A stretch of 64,000 nt of DNA from an uncultured Poribacteria bacterium (GTDB lineage Bacteria; Poribacteria; WGA-4E; WGA-3G): NCBI GenBank assembly GCA_958296135.2, contig CATQHZ020000001.1:1472001-1536000 (forward strand). The letters run 5' to 3'. Under the pieces are notes generated by a model, which was not told where the DNA came from, did no database searches, and saw nothing but the letters and a program-made list of their open reading frames with translations. Shown here piece after piece: positions 49,917 to 58,718 of this stretch; position 1 is the first letter of the stretch, and each line of letters starts with the position of its first letter. The position numbers were made by a program, and so were the translations under genes.

Positions 49917-50996
49917 ATGAAAACGCACAATATTGCACTGCGCCCGACAGCGGCACAGGTTACCCAATTCCATCAGCACGCGGGCTATCGCCGATTTGTC
50001 TATAACGCTGCTTTGTCCGATTTCAAAGCAGGCTTAGCTGAAGGCGAATGGCGAAACGGCCGCACGTTGCGCACTCGGTTTAATGCCGTGAAGGACGCGC
50101 AGTTTGCGTGGCAGCAGCCGCTCATTGCGCGTGTTGCATCACATGCCTTCGATGATTTTAACACGGCGTGTCAACGGTGGAAAAACAAACTTGCCAAGTT
50201 TCCAAAGTATAAGCGGAAGTCGGGAAAGCAGTCCTTCCGCGTTGACAATAAACGTAACGCCATAACTTGTGATGGCAAGCGGCTTTTCCTGCCGAAGATA
50301 GGCTGGGTGCGGACGTTTGAAGCGTTGCGGTTCAAAGGCGACGTGATGCGCGTAGTGATTAAGAAGCGAGGGCATCGTTGGTTTGCATCGGTGCTCGTCG
50401 AAACCATGCCACTAGCCAAACCCGATTTACGCGGTTTGCCTACCGTGGGCATCGATGTGGGTATCAACACCCTCGCCACTTGCTCTGATGGACGCACCTT
50501 TGGAAACCCACGCGCCTTGGCCCGTTATCAACGTCAACTTTGCCGTGCGCAACGCGCCCTGAGTCGTTCAGTCTATCGCAGTCAGAATTGGTGGAAGAAG
50601 AAGGAACGTGTTGTCCGTATCCACTATCGCATCGCTTGCATCCGTGAGGATGCACATCACAAGGCAAGCACGGCGATTGTGCAGGGCGTGTCGGCGATAG
50701 GCATTGAGTCTCTGAACGTCAAAGGTATGCTCAAGAACCGTCGGCTTGCGAAAGCATTGTCGGACGCTGCACTGGGTGGATTCCTCACCAAGTTAAAGAC
50801 GAAGGCACAGGCACTCGGCGTGCGGATTGAGGAAGCCTCTCAGTGGTTCGCTTCATCGAAGACGTGCAGTGCATGCGGACATAAAAAGGATACCCTCACG
50901 TTATCGGAACGTGAGTATCACTGCAGTGACTGTGGGTTGCGGGCGGACCGCGACTGGAACGCTGCTATAAATTTAACCCCCTCGCCGCTGGTTTGA
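49917..50996 (+). CDS. tnpB: RNA-guided endonuclease TnpB
   Basis: GIDVG, GIESL and DRDWNAA RuvC residues; CSACG...CSDCG zinc finger. Confidence 0.93.
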   Translation: MKTHNIALRPTAAQVTQFHQHAGYRRFVYNAALSDFKAGLAEGEWRNGRTLRTRFNAVKDAQFAWQQPLIARVASHAFDDFNTACQRWKNKLAKFPKYKRKSGKQSFRVDNKRNAITCDGKRLFLPKIGWVRTFEALRFKGDVMRVVIKKRGHRWFASVLVETMPLAKPDLRGLPTVGIDVGINTLATCSDGRTFGNPRALARYQRQLCRAQRALSRSVYRSQNWWKKKERVVRIHYRIACIREDAHHKASTAIVQGVSAIGIESLNVKGMLKNRRLAKALSDAALGGFLTKLKTKAQALGVRIEEASQWFASSKTCSACGHKKDTLTLSEREYHCSDCGLRADRDWNAAINLTPSPLV

Positions 50997-51172
50997 CGGA
51001 GAGGTATGGGTGTTACCTCTCGTATCCGAGAGTTAATACCTTAAACGCTTGTGGAGCTCGTGTCAGACTTCGTTTGGAAGCAGTGAGTGTTGAAGCAGGA
51101 ACTTTAGAAATCGGACATAAGTATCCAGATATGTCTCGATTTCAGGGAACAGAACGATATGCCACGTGTAAG
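50981..51172 (+). ncRNA. Predicted omegaRNA of tnpB-2; guide overlaps the mutS start
   Basis: Scaffold motifs shared with element 1; subterminal hairpin AAATCGGACATA..TATGTCTCGATTT. Confidence 0.6.
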
Positions 51173-53846
51173 ACTGTCCGAACCTTCGTTGATAGAAATC
51201 TATAAACAGGTTAAAAAACAGCATGAGGATGCCATCCTGCTTTGCCGGGTGGGTGATTTCTACGAGGCTTTCTATGAAGACGCGGAGTTAATCGCGCGCC
51301 TGTTGGAAATTACCCTGACGGCCCGGAGCCACAAGAACCAGAAAAAACCGTCGCCGCCGATGGCAGGTATCCCGCACCACGCGCTTGATTCCTACCTCTA
51401 TAAATTGGTGAAAGCCGGGCACAAAGTCGCCATTTTGGAACAGACGGAAGACCCGAGGCAGGCGCGCGATGAGAACCGTCTTGTCAAGCGCGATGTCGTC
51501 CGCATCGTGACACCCGGCACCGTCACCGATCCGAAGGTGCTTGAGCGTAAGGTGAACAACTACCTCATCTCGCTCTATCTGCGCAAGGGTACCTACGGGT
51601 TCGCCGCCGCCGATCTCTCCACCGGCGAATTTCTCGTCACAGAAGTGGCGGAGCTCTCCAAACTCTGGGCTGAAATCCATCGGTTTGCGCCGAAGGAATT
51701 CCTCTTCTCGGAAACCTTCAACGATGAGGAGATGTTGGAGCGGCTCAAAACCGAAGTGAAAGCGACGCTCAACTTTCTACCGGAGTGGCGGTTTGAATTC
51801 GACACCGCGCGCACCGAACTCCTGCAACACTTCCGCACGGTTTCACTGGATGGGTTTGGATGCGAACATCTGCCGATGGCTATCTGTGCCGCCGGCGCGC
51901 TCATCTATTACCTCCACGAAACCCAGAAGCAGGAGGTAGAACATATTCTGTCCCTCCAGCCCTATACGCTCTCGGATTTTATGGTGCTGGATGCCGATAC
52001 ACAGCGCAACCTGGAGTTGACGGCCTCTATTCGCGATGGCACTTCAAAGGGCACACTGCTTGAAGTGTTGGACCAGACGGCTACCTCGATGGGCGGCAGA
52101 AAGATTCGGCAGTGTCTCTTGCAACCGTTGCTTTCAACGGTAGAGATTGCGGCGCGCCTAGATGCAGTTGACGAGCTCAAGACGCAGATTAACCTTCAGG
52201 AAGAATTGCGGGAAGCCCTCGGACAGATGTATGATATGGAGCGGCTCATCTCCCGTATCAGCCTCGGGTCTGTGAACGGCCGCGACCTGCATTCACTCAA
52301 GGACTCGCTGTGCCTGATACCCGCGGTCAAGGCGCAGCTGGAGCACTGTGAGTCCCCGTTGTTAGTCGCGCAAAACGAGGCACTCGATCCGAGGACAGAT
52401 TTGGTGGCATTGATTGAGCGTGGTATTCATCCGAAGCCTCCGGTAACGATTCGCGAAGGTGGCATCATTCGCGATGGGTATAGCGAGGAGCTTGATGAGC
52501 TCCGACAGATTGTCGGGCAGGGGAAGGAGTGGATGGACGCGCTACAAGAGGCGGAACGCAAGAGCAGCGGCATTACCTCCCTGAAAATCGGATACAACCA
52601 GGTCTTCGGCTATTACATTGATGTGACGAAACCGAACCTGCACATGGTGCCGGACTACTACATCCGGAAGCAGACTTTGCGTAATTCCGAACGGTTCATT
52701 ACGCCGGAGCTTAAGGAGAAAGAAGCAATGGTGCTGAACGCGGAGGACCGGATTCAGACGCTGGAATACGAGCTCTTCTGTCAGATTCGGGAGGAGGTGG
52801 CGAAATGGACGAAGGCGATTCAAACTGTTTCTGCTGTTATCGCGATGGTTGACGTTATCGCAAACTTCGCTTATGTCGCCTCCAGATACAACTACGCCAA
52901 ACCTACTGTGGAGGATAGTGACGAGGTGATTATCCGCGATGGACGGCACCCGGTAGTGGAGCAATTGTTCACGCAAGAGGGATTCGTTCCGAACGACACG
53001 CGGCTTAACTGCGCCGATGAGCAGCTGCATATCATTACAGGCCCGAATATGAGCGGGAAAAGCACCTATTTGCGCCAGACAGCCCTCATCGTGTTGATGG
53101 CACAAGTGGGGAGTTTTGTGCCGGCCTCCGCTGCGAAAATCGGGTTAGTCGACCGGATTTTCACGCGCGTTGGCGCGTCTGACAACCTTGTGATGGGACA
53201 AAGCACGTTCCTCGTCGAGATGAACGAAACGGCGAACATTCTCAACAACGCCAGCAGTAAAAGCCTCGTCATTTTGGACGAAGTCGGGCGCGGCACTAGC
53301 ACATTTGATGGGCTCAGCATCGCGTGGGCAGTCTCGGAGTATTTGCTAGACGAAAAGCGGATGGGCGCGAAGACGCTCTTCGCCACGCACTACCACGAGC
53401 TGGTGGAGCTCGCTAGCAAGTACAAGCGCGCGAAGAATTACAACGTCGCCGTTCATGAAGATGGCGAAAAGGTGACGTTTCTCCGGAAAGTCGTGCCCGG
53501 TGGCGCAGACCAGAGTTACGGCATCCACGTCGCGCGATTGGCAGGATTGCCGCACGCGGTGATTGCGCGTGCGCAGCAGATTCTGGAGGTGTTGGAACAG
53601 CACAATATCAGCGTTGAGGCGGACAGCGCGACGGGACGGCCGCCGAAGGCGCATCCGAAGATGCCGCGGCCGCGGCGGCGTACCTCTCGTCAAACGCTGC
53701 AGAGCGACGCGTTGCAGATGGCACTCTTTACGCCGAAGACGCATCCCCTCGTTGAGGAAATCCGGCGGCTAGAGCTCTCGCAGGTGACACCTTTGGATGC
53801 GGTGAACATTCTCTACGATCTGAAGGCGCGGGCGGAAGAGGCGTGA
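51159..53846 (+). CDS. mutS: DNA mismatch repair protein MutS
   Basis: RVGDFYEAF, RIVTPGT, ITGPNMSGKST, STFLVEM, LDEVGRGT, SYGIHVA. Confidence 0.97.
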   Translation: MPRVRLSEPSLIEIYKQVKKQHEDAILLCRVGDFYEAFYEDAELIARLLEITLTARSHKNQKKPSPPMAGIPHHALDSYLYKLVKAGHKVAILEQTEDPRQARDENRLVKRDVVRIVTPGTVTDPKVLERKVNNYLISLYLRKGTYGFAAADLSTGEFLVTEVAELSKLWAEIHRFAPKEFLFSETFNDEEMLERLKTEVKATLNFLPEWRFEFDTARTELLQHFRTVSLDGFGCEHLPMAICAAGALIYYLHETQKQEVEHILSLQPYTLSDFMVLDADTQRNLELTASIRDGTSKGTLLEVLDQTATSMGGRKIRQCLLQPLLSTVEIAARLDAVDELKTQINLQEELREALGQMYDMERLISRISLGSVNGRDLHSLKDSLCLIPAVKAQLEHCESPLLVAQNEALDPRTDLVALIERGIHPKPPVTIREGGIIRDGYSEELDELRQIVGQGKEWMDALQEAERKSSGITSLKIGYNQVFGYYIDVTKPNLHMVPDYYIRKQTLRNSERFITPELKEKEAMVLNAEDRIQTLEYELFCQIREEVAKWTKAIQTVSAVIAMVDVIANFAYVASRYNYAKPTVEDSDEVIIRDGRHPVVEQLFTQEGFVPNDTRLNCADEQLHIITGPNMSGKSTYLRQTALIVLMAQVGSFVPASAAKIGLVDRIFTRVGASDNLVMGQSTFLVEMNETANILNNASSKSLVILDEVGRGTSTFDGLSIAWAVSEYLLDEKRMGAKTLFATHYHELVELASKYKRAKNYNVAVHEDGEKVTFLRKVVPGGADQSYGIHVARLAGLPHAVIARAQQILEVLEQHNISVEADSATGRPPKAHPKMPRPRRRTSRQTLQSDALQMALFTPKTHPLVEEIRRLELSQVTPLDAVNILYDLKARAEEA

Positions 53847-53868
53847 GCCTCTCACGAGGCGAAAAAAT

Positions 53869-53894
53869 GGGCGGATAGAGACATCCGCCCTTAC
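53869..53894. repeat. REP family C
   Basis: GGGCGGATAGAGACATCCGCCCTTAC between convergent genes. Confidence 0.8.
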
Positions 53895-53907
53895 GCATTG
53901 TCGAGAA

Positions 53908-54876
53908 CTACAACGTAATTGAGTTGCCGGTTCTAGCACATTCATAGATGGCCATGTTCAGCGCGACAGAACGCTTGCCTTCGTGGCCGTCTACCGCTGG
54001 GGATGCGCCATCGTTGATAACGCGGAGCGCGTCCTCAATGACATTGTTCGGATAAGGCGGCAGTTCGATGTTCGGTTCGTCGCCATCCGTGAATTCCCAC
54101 ATATCTGGCCCGAGCCCGACGATGCCTTTTTCGCCGTGGACGTGAATCATGGAGACGCTGCTGCCGGGGAACGTCGTCGTTGTGAGGACGTGTCCGAGTG
54201 CGCCGCTTTCAAATTCCAGAATGGCGGATGTCATATCCTCGGTTTCGCAATTCCCGTGGTCATAGACATCAAAATGCGCGCCGATGACACGCTTGACGGG
54301 CCCCATAAACCAGAGCATCAAATCGATGTAATGCACGCCTTGGTTCATAATGGAGCCGCCGCCGTCCAATTTCCACGTGCCGTGCCAGCCGACGTAGTAA
54401 CTATCGGGGCGTTTCCATTTCATGCGGAGTTCGCATAGCAATGGTCTGCCGATTTCCCCTTGTTGCAGCGCGGCTTGGATGCGCCGGTTGTGGGTGCCGT
54501 AGCGTTCCCCGAAGTCAACAAGCAGTTTGACCTCGTTGTTCTCGCAAGTTTGGATGAGTGCGTCGCAATTTTCGACGCTGACATCCATCGGTTTGGTGGT
54601 GATGACGTGCTTGCCGCGCATCGCTGCCGCCCTGCCAAACTTGCCGTGGAGGCCGCTCGGTGTCATAATCATCGCAACGTCAATATCGTCCCGGTCAAAC
54701 ATTTCAAGCGCGTCGCCGTGGCTTTCGCAGCCGAAGCGTTCTTCTGCGGTTTTCCGGCGTTCCTCAACCAGGTCTGCAACAGCGACGAGCTCGGCACCGT
54801 CTGTCTGGTGAATCATGCCGGACCGGTTCATACCCATGCCGAGTCCGACAACGCCAAAACGTAGTGTATTAGCCAT
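53908..54876 (-). CDS. Gfo/Idh/MocA family oxidoreductase
   Basis: FGVVGLG, TPSGLH, GKHVITTKPM, GGGSIMNQGVHYID. Confidence 0.9.
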   Translation of the reverse strand: MANTLRFGVVGLGMGMNRSGMIHQTDGAELVAVADLVEERRKTAEERFGCESHGDALEMFDRDDIDVAMIMTPSGLHGKFGRAAAMRGKHVITTKPMDVSVENCDALIQTCENNEVKLLVDFGERYGTHNRRIQAALQQGEIGRPLLCELRMKWKRPDSYYVGWHGTWKLDGGGSIMNQGVHYIDLMLWFMGPVKRVIGAHFDVYDHGNCETEDMTSAILEFESGALGHVLTTTTFPGSSVSMIHVHGEKGIVGLGPDMWEFTDGDEPNIELPPYPNNVIEDALRVINDGASPAVDGHEGKRSVALNMAIYECARTGNSITL

Positions 54877-54912
54877 GAGAAAATCTCCTATAGGACTTAC
54901 GAACTGAGTGCC

Positions 54913-54947
54913 GTAGGCGCGGGCGCGGGGTTTCCAACCGCGCCTAT
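54913..54947. repeat. REP family B
   Basis: GTAGGCGCGG...CCGCGCCTAT. Confidence 0.7.
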
Positions 54948-55021
54948 TTGTGGAAAATACGGCATTTGCGTAAGTCCTCTCCTATAAACGAATTTTCACC
55001 ATTATAGCACACTGCTGAGTT

Positions 55022-56653
55022 ATGCGATACAAAAAAATAGTCTTCGTCGCGATATTCTCTCTCGTGCTTCTCGCCATGCCCTGCGCAGATGCCCAGATTT
55101 TTACGGATGTGACAGCAGCATTCAGAACCCTTCGGTTCCGCCACATCAATGGCGCGAGCGGACAGAAGTATTTTATTGAACCCCTCGGAAGTGGTGTCGC
55201 GCTCTTCGATTTTGATAATGATGCCGGTCTGGAGCTCTATTTTGTTAACGGCAGCGTGCTGCCCGGGTCTGCCGATTCAATTCCGCCTACAAACGTCCTG
55301 TATCGCAATGATGATGGCAGGTTTACGGACATCACGCGCGAAGCATCTGTCGGCGATACCGGCTATGGGTTCGGTTGTTGCGTCGGCGATTACAATAACG
55401 ATGGATTCCGCGACCTTTATGTGACAAACTACGGCACAAATGTGCTTTATGAAAATAACGGTGATGGCACGTTCACAAATGTGACAGAAAGAGCGGGCGT
55501 TGGCGGTGCGATGCTCAGCACCGGATGTGCCTTCGTTGACTATGATACAGATGGATGGCTAGATCTCTACGTTGTCAATTATGTCCAATTTAGCACTGAG
55601 GCGAATCCGGAATGCTCGCGGCAGGGTATTCGCACTTACTGTACCCCGGAGGCACTCCGCGCCGAGGCGGATATCCTCTACCGTAACAATGGCGATGGCA
55701 CGTTCACAGATGTGACGCAGGCGGCAGGCATTGCTGAATCTCTTGGAAAAGGGTTAGGTGTTGTCTGCGGCGATATAGATAACGATGGGGATGTGGACAT
55801 CTTCGTCGCGAACGATACCACGCCGAATTTTCTCTACCTGAATAACGGCGATGGCACGTTTACAGAAGACGCGCTCTTCGCTGGGGTTGCGCTCAGCGAA
55901 GAGGGCCGCGCCTATAGCGGCATGGGCGCAAACCTCGGCGACTTTGATAACGATGGGTATCTTGACATCGTCATCACCAATTTTCAGGAGCAAACTAACA
56001 GTCTCTACCACAATGCGCAAGATGGGTTTTTCACCGAGGTCAGCTTTGCCAAAGGTGTCGGTGAGAAGAGCCTGCCTTATCTGGCGTGGGGTGTTGATTT
56101 TGTCGACTTTGATAACGACGGTTGGCTGGAGTTGTTTATTGCCAACGGCCACCTTGACGATAATGTCGCGAAGATCGATCCGGTTGGCACGTATGCACAA
56201 CCGAATCAACTTTTTTGGAACGACCGGGGCGACAGTTTTGCCGCGTCTGTTTTAACGGAACGGCGCGTCTATAGCAGTCGCGGTGCCGCCTTCGGCGATA
56301 TAGATAACGATGGGGATGTGGACATTGTCGTCTCTAATATGAACGACGTGCCAACGCTGCTGCGAAACGATAGTGGAAACGCTAGGCGATGGCTGCGCCT
56401 CAAGTTGGTGGGCACGCACTGCAATCGGGATGCGATTGGTGCACGGGCGACGGTTGTCTCTGGGGAATTAACGCAGATTCGTGAGGTGAAGAGCGGTTCT
56501 GGATACCTTAGCCAGAATGAGCTGCAATTACACTTCGGATTGGGTGATGCAGAAAAGGTTGATTCAGTGACAGTCAGATGGCCGTGTGGACAGATTGACA
56601 CCGTGCGAGAGGTAAAGACGAGTCAGATGCTGGTTGTGGAAGAATCCCGATAA
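55022..56653 (+). CDS. CRTAC1 / ASPIC-UnbV family protein (FG-GAP repeats)
   Basis: Repeated GDxDNDG motifs, NRDAIGAR, SGYLSQ, LHFGLG, VRWP. Confidence 0.92.
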   Translation: MRYKKIVFVAIFSLVLLAMPCADAQIFTDVTAAFRTLRFRHINGASGQKYFIEPLGSGVALFDFDNDAGLELYFVNGSVLPGSADSIPPTNVLYRNDDGRFTDITREASVGDTGYGFGCCVGDYNNDGFRDLYVTNYGTNVLYENNGDGTFTNVTERAGVGGAMLSTGCAFVDYDTDGWLDLYVVNYVQFSTEANPECSRQGIRTYCTPEALRAEADILYRNNGDGTFTDVTQAAGIAESLGKGLGVVCGDIDNDGDVDIFVANDTTPNFLYLNNGDGTFTEDALFAGVALSEEGRAYSGMGANLGDFDNDGYLDIVITNFQEQTNSLYHNAQDGFFTEVSFAKGVGEKSLPYLAWGVDFVDFDNDGWLELFIANGHLDDNVAKIDPVGTYAQPNQLFWNDRGDSFAASVLTERRVYSSRGAAFGDIDNDGDVDIVVSNMNDVPTLLRNDSGNARRWLRLKLVGTHCNRDAIGARATVVSGELTQIREVKSGSGYLSQNELQLHFGLGDAEKVDSVTVRWPCGQIDTVREVKTSQMLVVEESR

Positions 56654-56697
56654 TACGCAATGAGTTGGACTGACACAAATGCCATAATTCCTCTGCC

Positions 56698-56724
56698 GTA
56701 GGCGCGCTTTCAAAGTGCGCCTAC
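56698..56724. repeat. REP family B providing the stop codon of the HhH-GPD gene
   Basis: GTAGGCGCGCTTTCAAAGTGCGCCTAC; CTA at 56721-23. Confidence 0.8.
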
Positions 56725-57410
56725 GGGGTTCTTCTGCGTAAGTCCTCTGTATAATACACACACGCGTGCCGCAAACTGCATTCCTCACATTTGGGCGTTT
56801 TTTGGCAGATTCTCGCGCCGTGCCGAACGATGAGCGCGTGATATTCATTGAACAGTTGGACATCGTGTGGGAGGTTCTCCATGAAGAGGTGGCGCAGTTT
56901 CGCGTAGTGATAGTTCCCTTCAATCCATCCCAACCGCGAGAAGAGGCGATGCGTATAGGCATCGACGACAAAGCTTGGTTTCTCGGCGGCGTAGAGGAGG
57001 ATAGTATCCGCTGTCTCCGGTCCGATGCCGTAGATGGAGAGCAGTTCCTCGCGTAATTCCGAGATGGTTTGTTCAAACATCACGTGCATTGGGCGTTTTG
57101 CGAGGTGTTCCACAAATGCGCGCACCTTTTTCGCCTTGGCGCGATAATAGCGAGAGGGCCGCAGGAGTTTTTCAAGTTCGCTTTGGCTAGTGGCGCGAAT
57201 CTGTGCGGGTGTCCAAGCACCGGCGGTTTTGAGGTTCTCAAAAGCCTTTTCCACGTTTCTCCACGACGTGGCTTGCGTTAAGATGCCGCCGAGTGCCACT
57301 TCAAAGGGTGTTTCTGCGGGCCACCACATCAGCGCGCCGTGTTGCAAACGGAGTTGCTCGTAGAGGGCGAACAACTTTTCATTGAGGTTTTCTTGACAAA
57401 CAATTCGCAT
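56721..57410 (-). CDS. HhH-GPD endonuclease III-related protein
   Basis: WWPAETPFEV, ILTQ, GIGPETAD, VVDAYT, C-terminal 4Fe-4S Cys cluster; promoter TTGACA-N17-TAGAAT at 57418..57446. Confidence 0.9.
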   Translation of the reverse strand: MRIVCQENLNEKLFALYEQLRLQHGALMWWPAETPFEVALGGILTQATSWRNVEKAFENLKTAGAWTPAQIRATSQSELEKLLRPSRYYRAKAKKVRAFVEHLAKRPMHVMFEQTISELREELLSIYGIGPETADTILLYAAEKPSFVVDAYTHRLFSRLGWIEGNYHYAKLRHLFMENLPHDVQLFNEYHALIVRHGARICQKTPKCEECSLRHACVYYTEDLRRRTP

Positions 57411-57599
57411 GAATTGAATTCTATCATCATTTCGTTTTTGTGTCAATATCAGGATGATTTCGTTTTCAATTGCCGGTCTCTCCATTGTCATGGTAGATGT
57501 CTATATCTGTCCTGACTGTTTATCCGAGAGCTGAATTGTTCTGGTGTCGGCCTGACATTCGGTTGCGATTTAACCGGCTTTGTGTTAAACTATTGGGAA

Positions 57600-58718
57600 A
57601 TGAACAACCAATTACAGCCTAAATCACACAGAATAGCGATTCTCGCAGAAGGTTCGTTTGGCATCCTAGCATCGAAGACAGCGACGGTGCTGGTGCGTTA
57701 TCTTCCGGACAACGTTGTCGCCGTGATTGATAGCGCGAAGGCGGGACGAGACGTTAGCGAGGTTATTGAGATTGGGGCGGGTATCCCGGTAGTCCGCGAC
57801 CTGGCGGAGGCGATGCAGTTTCAACCGACGATGCTGGCCATCGGCATCGCGCCGCCCGGTGGCGAGTTACCGAGTGCGTGGCGCGCTGTTCTTCGCGAAG
57901 CCATCGCTGGCGGGTTGCATGTCATGAGCGGGCTTCATCGATTTCTGAGCGAAGATGCCGAACTCGCCGAGCTCGCCGCGAAGCACGATGTTGTCTTGTG
58001 GGACGCGCGGAAACCGCCGGCTCATTTGCCGGTGGCGACGTGCAAAGCTGCGGAAGTGAAATCCACCGTTATCCTCACCGTCGGTTCGGATTGCCGCGTT
58101 GGGAAGATGTTGTCGGGCATAGAGGTGACGAACGCTGCGAAGGCACGCGGGGTCCGCGCCGAATTTTGTCCAACGGGACAGAACGGCATTATGGTATGGG
58201 GATGGGGTATTGCGATTGATGCTGTCGTCTCCGATTTCACTGCTGGTGCTGCTGAGCAGATTGTGCTGGCAGGCACGCGGGCCCATGATGTGTTACTCGT
58301 TGAGGGCCAGGGTTCCCTTGTCCATCCGGGGTATTCCGGCGTGACGTTAAGTCTGCTCCACGGAAGCCTACCGGATGCGATGATATTTTGTCATCAACCG
58401 TCGCGGGACACGGTGGCGCGTTATACGGTGCCGTTGCCTTCGCTGCTGCAGATGATTGCGCAATATGAGATGATGGCTGCGCCGATTAAACCGGCGAAGG
58501 TTATCGGTTTGGCGTTGAATTGCTTCGATTTATCTGAATCGGAGGCACTTGCAGCTATCGCTGCGGCGGAGGCGGAAACGGGCCTGCCGGCGACAGATGT
58601 GGTGCGGTTTGGTGCGGATAAGTTGGTGGATGCAATTCTGAAGGTGCATCCGGCAAAGTCGGCTGAGGAGAATGAGCATGCGCGAAATAAAACAATGTCA
58701 CACTCCCCCGAACGTTGA
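57600..58718 (+). CDS. DUF1611 family protein (DgcN-like)
   Basis: SKTATVLVRY, VGSDCRVGKM, TGQNGI, VEGQGSL, LLHGS. Confidence 0.88.
   Translation: MNNQLQPKSHRIAILAEGSFGILASKTATVLVRYLPDNVVAVIDSAKAGRDVSEVIEIGAGIPVVRDLAEAMQFQPTMLAIGIAPPGGELPSAWRAVLREAIAGGLHVMSGLHRFLSEDAELAELAAKHDVVLWDARKPPAHLPVATCKAAEVKSTVILTVGSDCRVGKMLSGIEVTNAAKARGVRAEFCPTGQNGIMVWGWGIAIDAVVSDFTAGAAEQIVLAGTRAHDVLLVEGQGSLVHPGYSGVTLSLLHGSLPDAMIFCHQPSRDTVARYTVPLPSLLQMIAQYEMMAAPIKPAKVIGLALNCFDLSESEALAAIAAAEAETGLPATDVVRFGADKLVDAILKVHPAKSAEENEHARNKTMSHSPER

Larger units (their letters stand above)
49761..51152 (+). mobile_element. Non-autonomous IS607-type element with solo tnpB inserted between the mutS SD and ATG
   Basis: AG at both junctions; inverted ends GTTCC..AAATCGAGCCACATC / GATATGTCTCGATTT..GGAAC; removal restores GAAAGGAG-AACGAT-ATG. 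Confidence 0.78.

Noticed and set aside
27111-50996. Nuclease-dead TnpB (TldR) or Cas12f
   Set aside because: All three RuvC acidic residues are present in both proteins and no CRISPR array is adjacent.
49761-51152. IStron (group I intron plus IS) that would splice out of the mutS mRNA
   Set aside because: Only about 155 nt precede tnpB, too short for a group I catalytic core, and no P7-like motifs were recognised.
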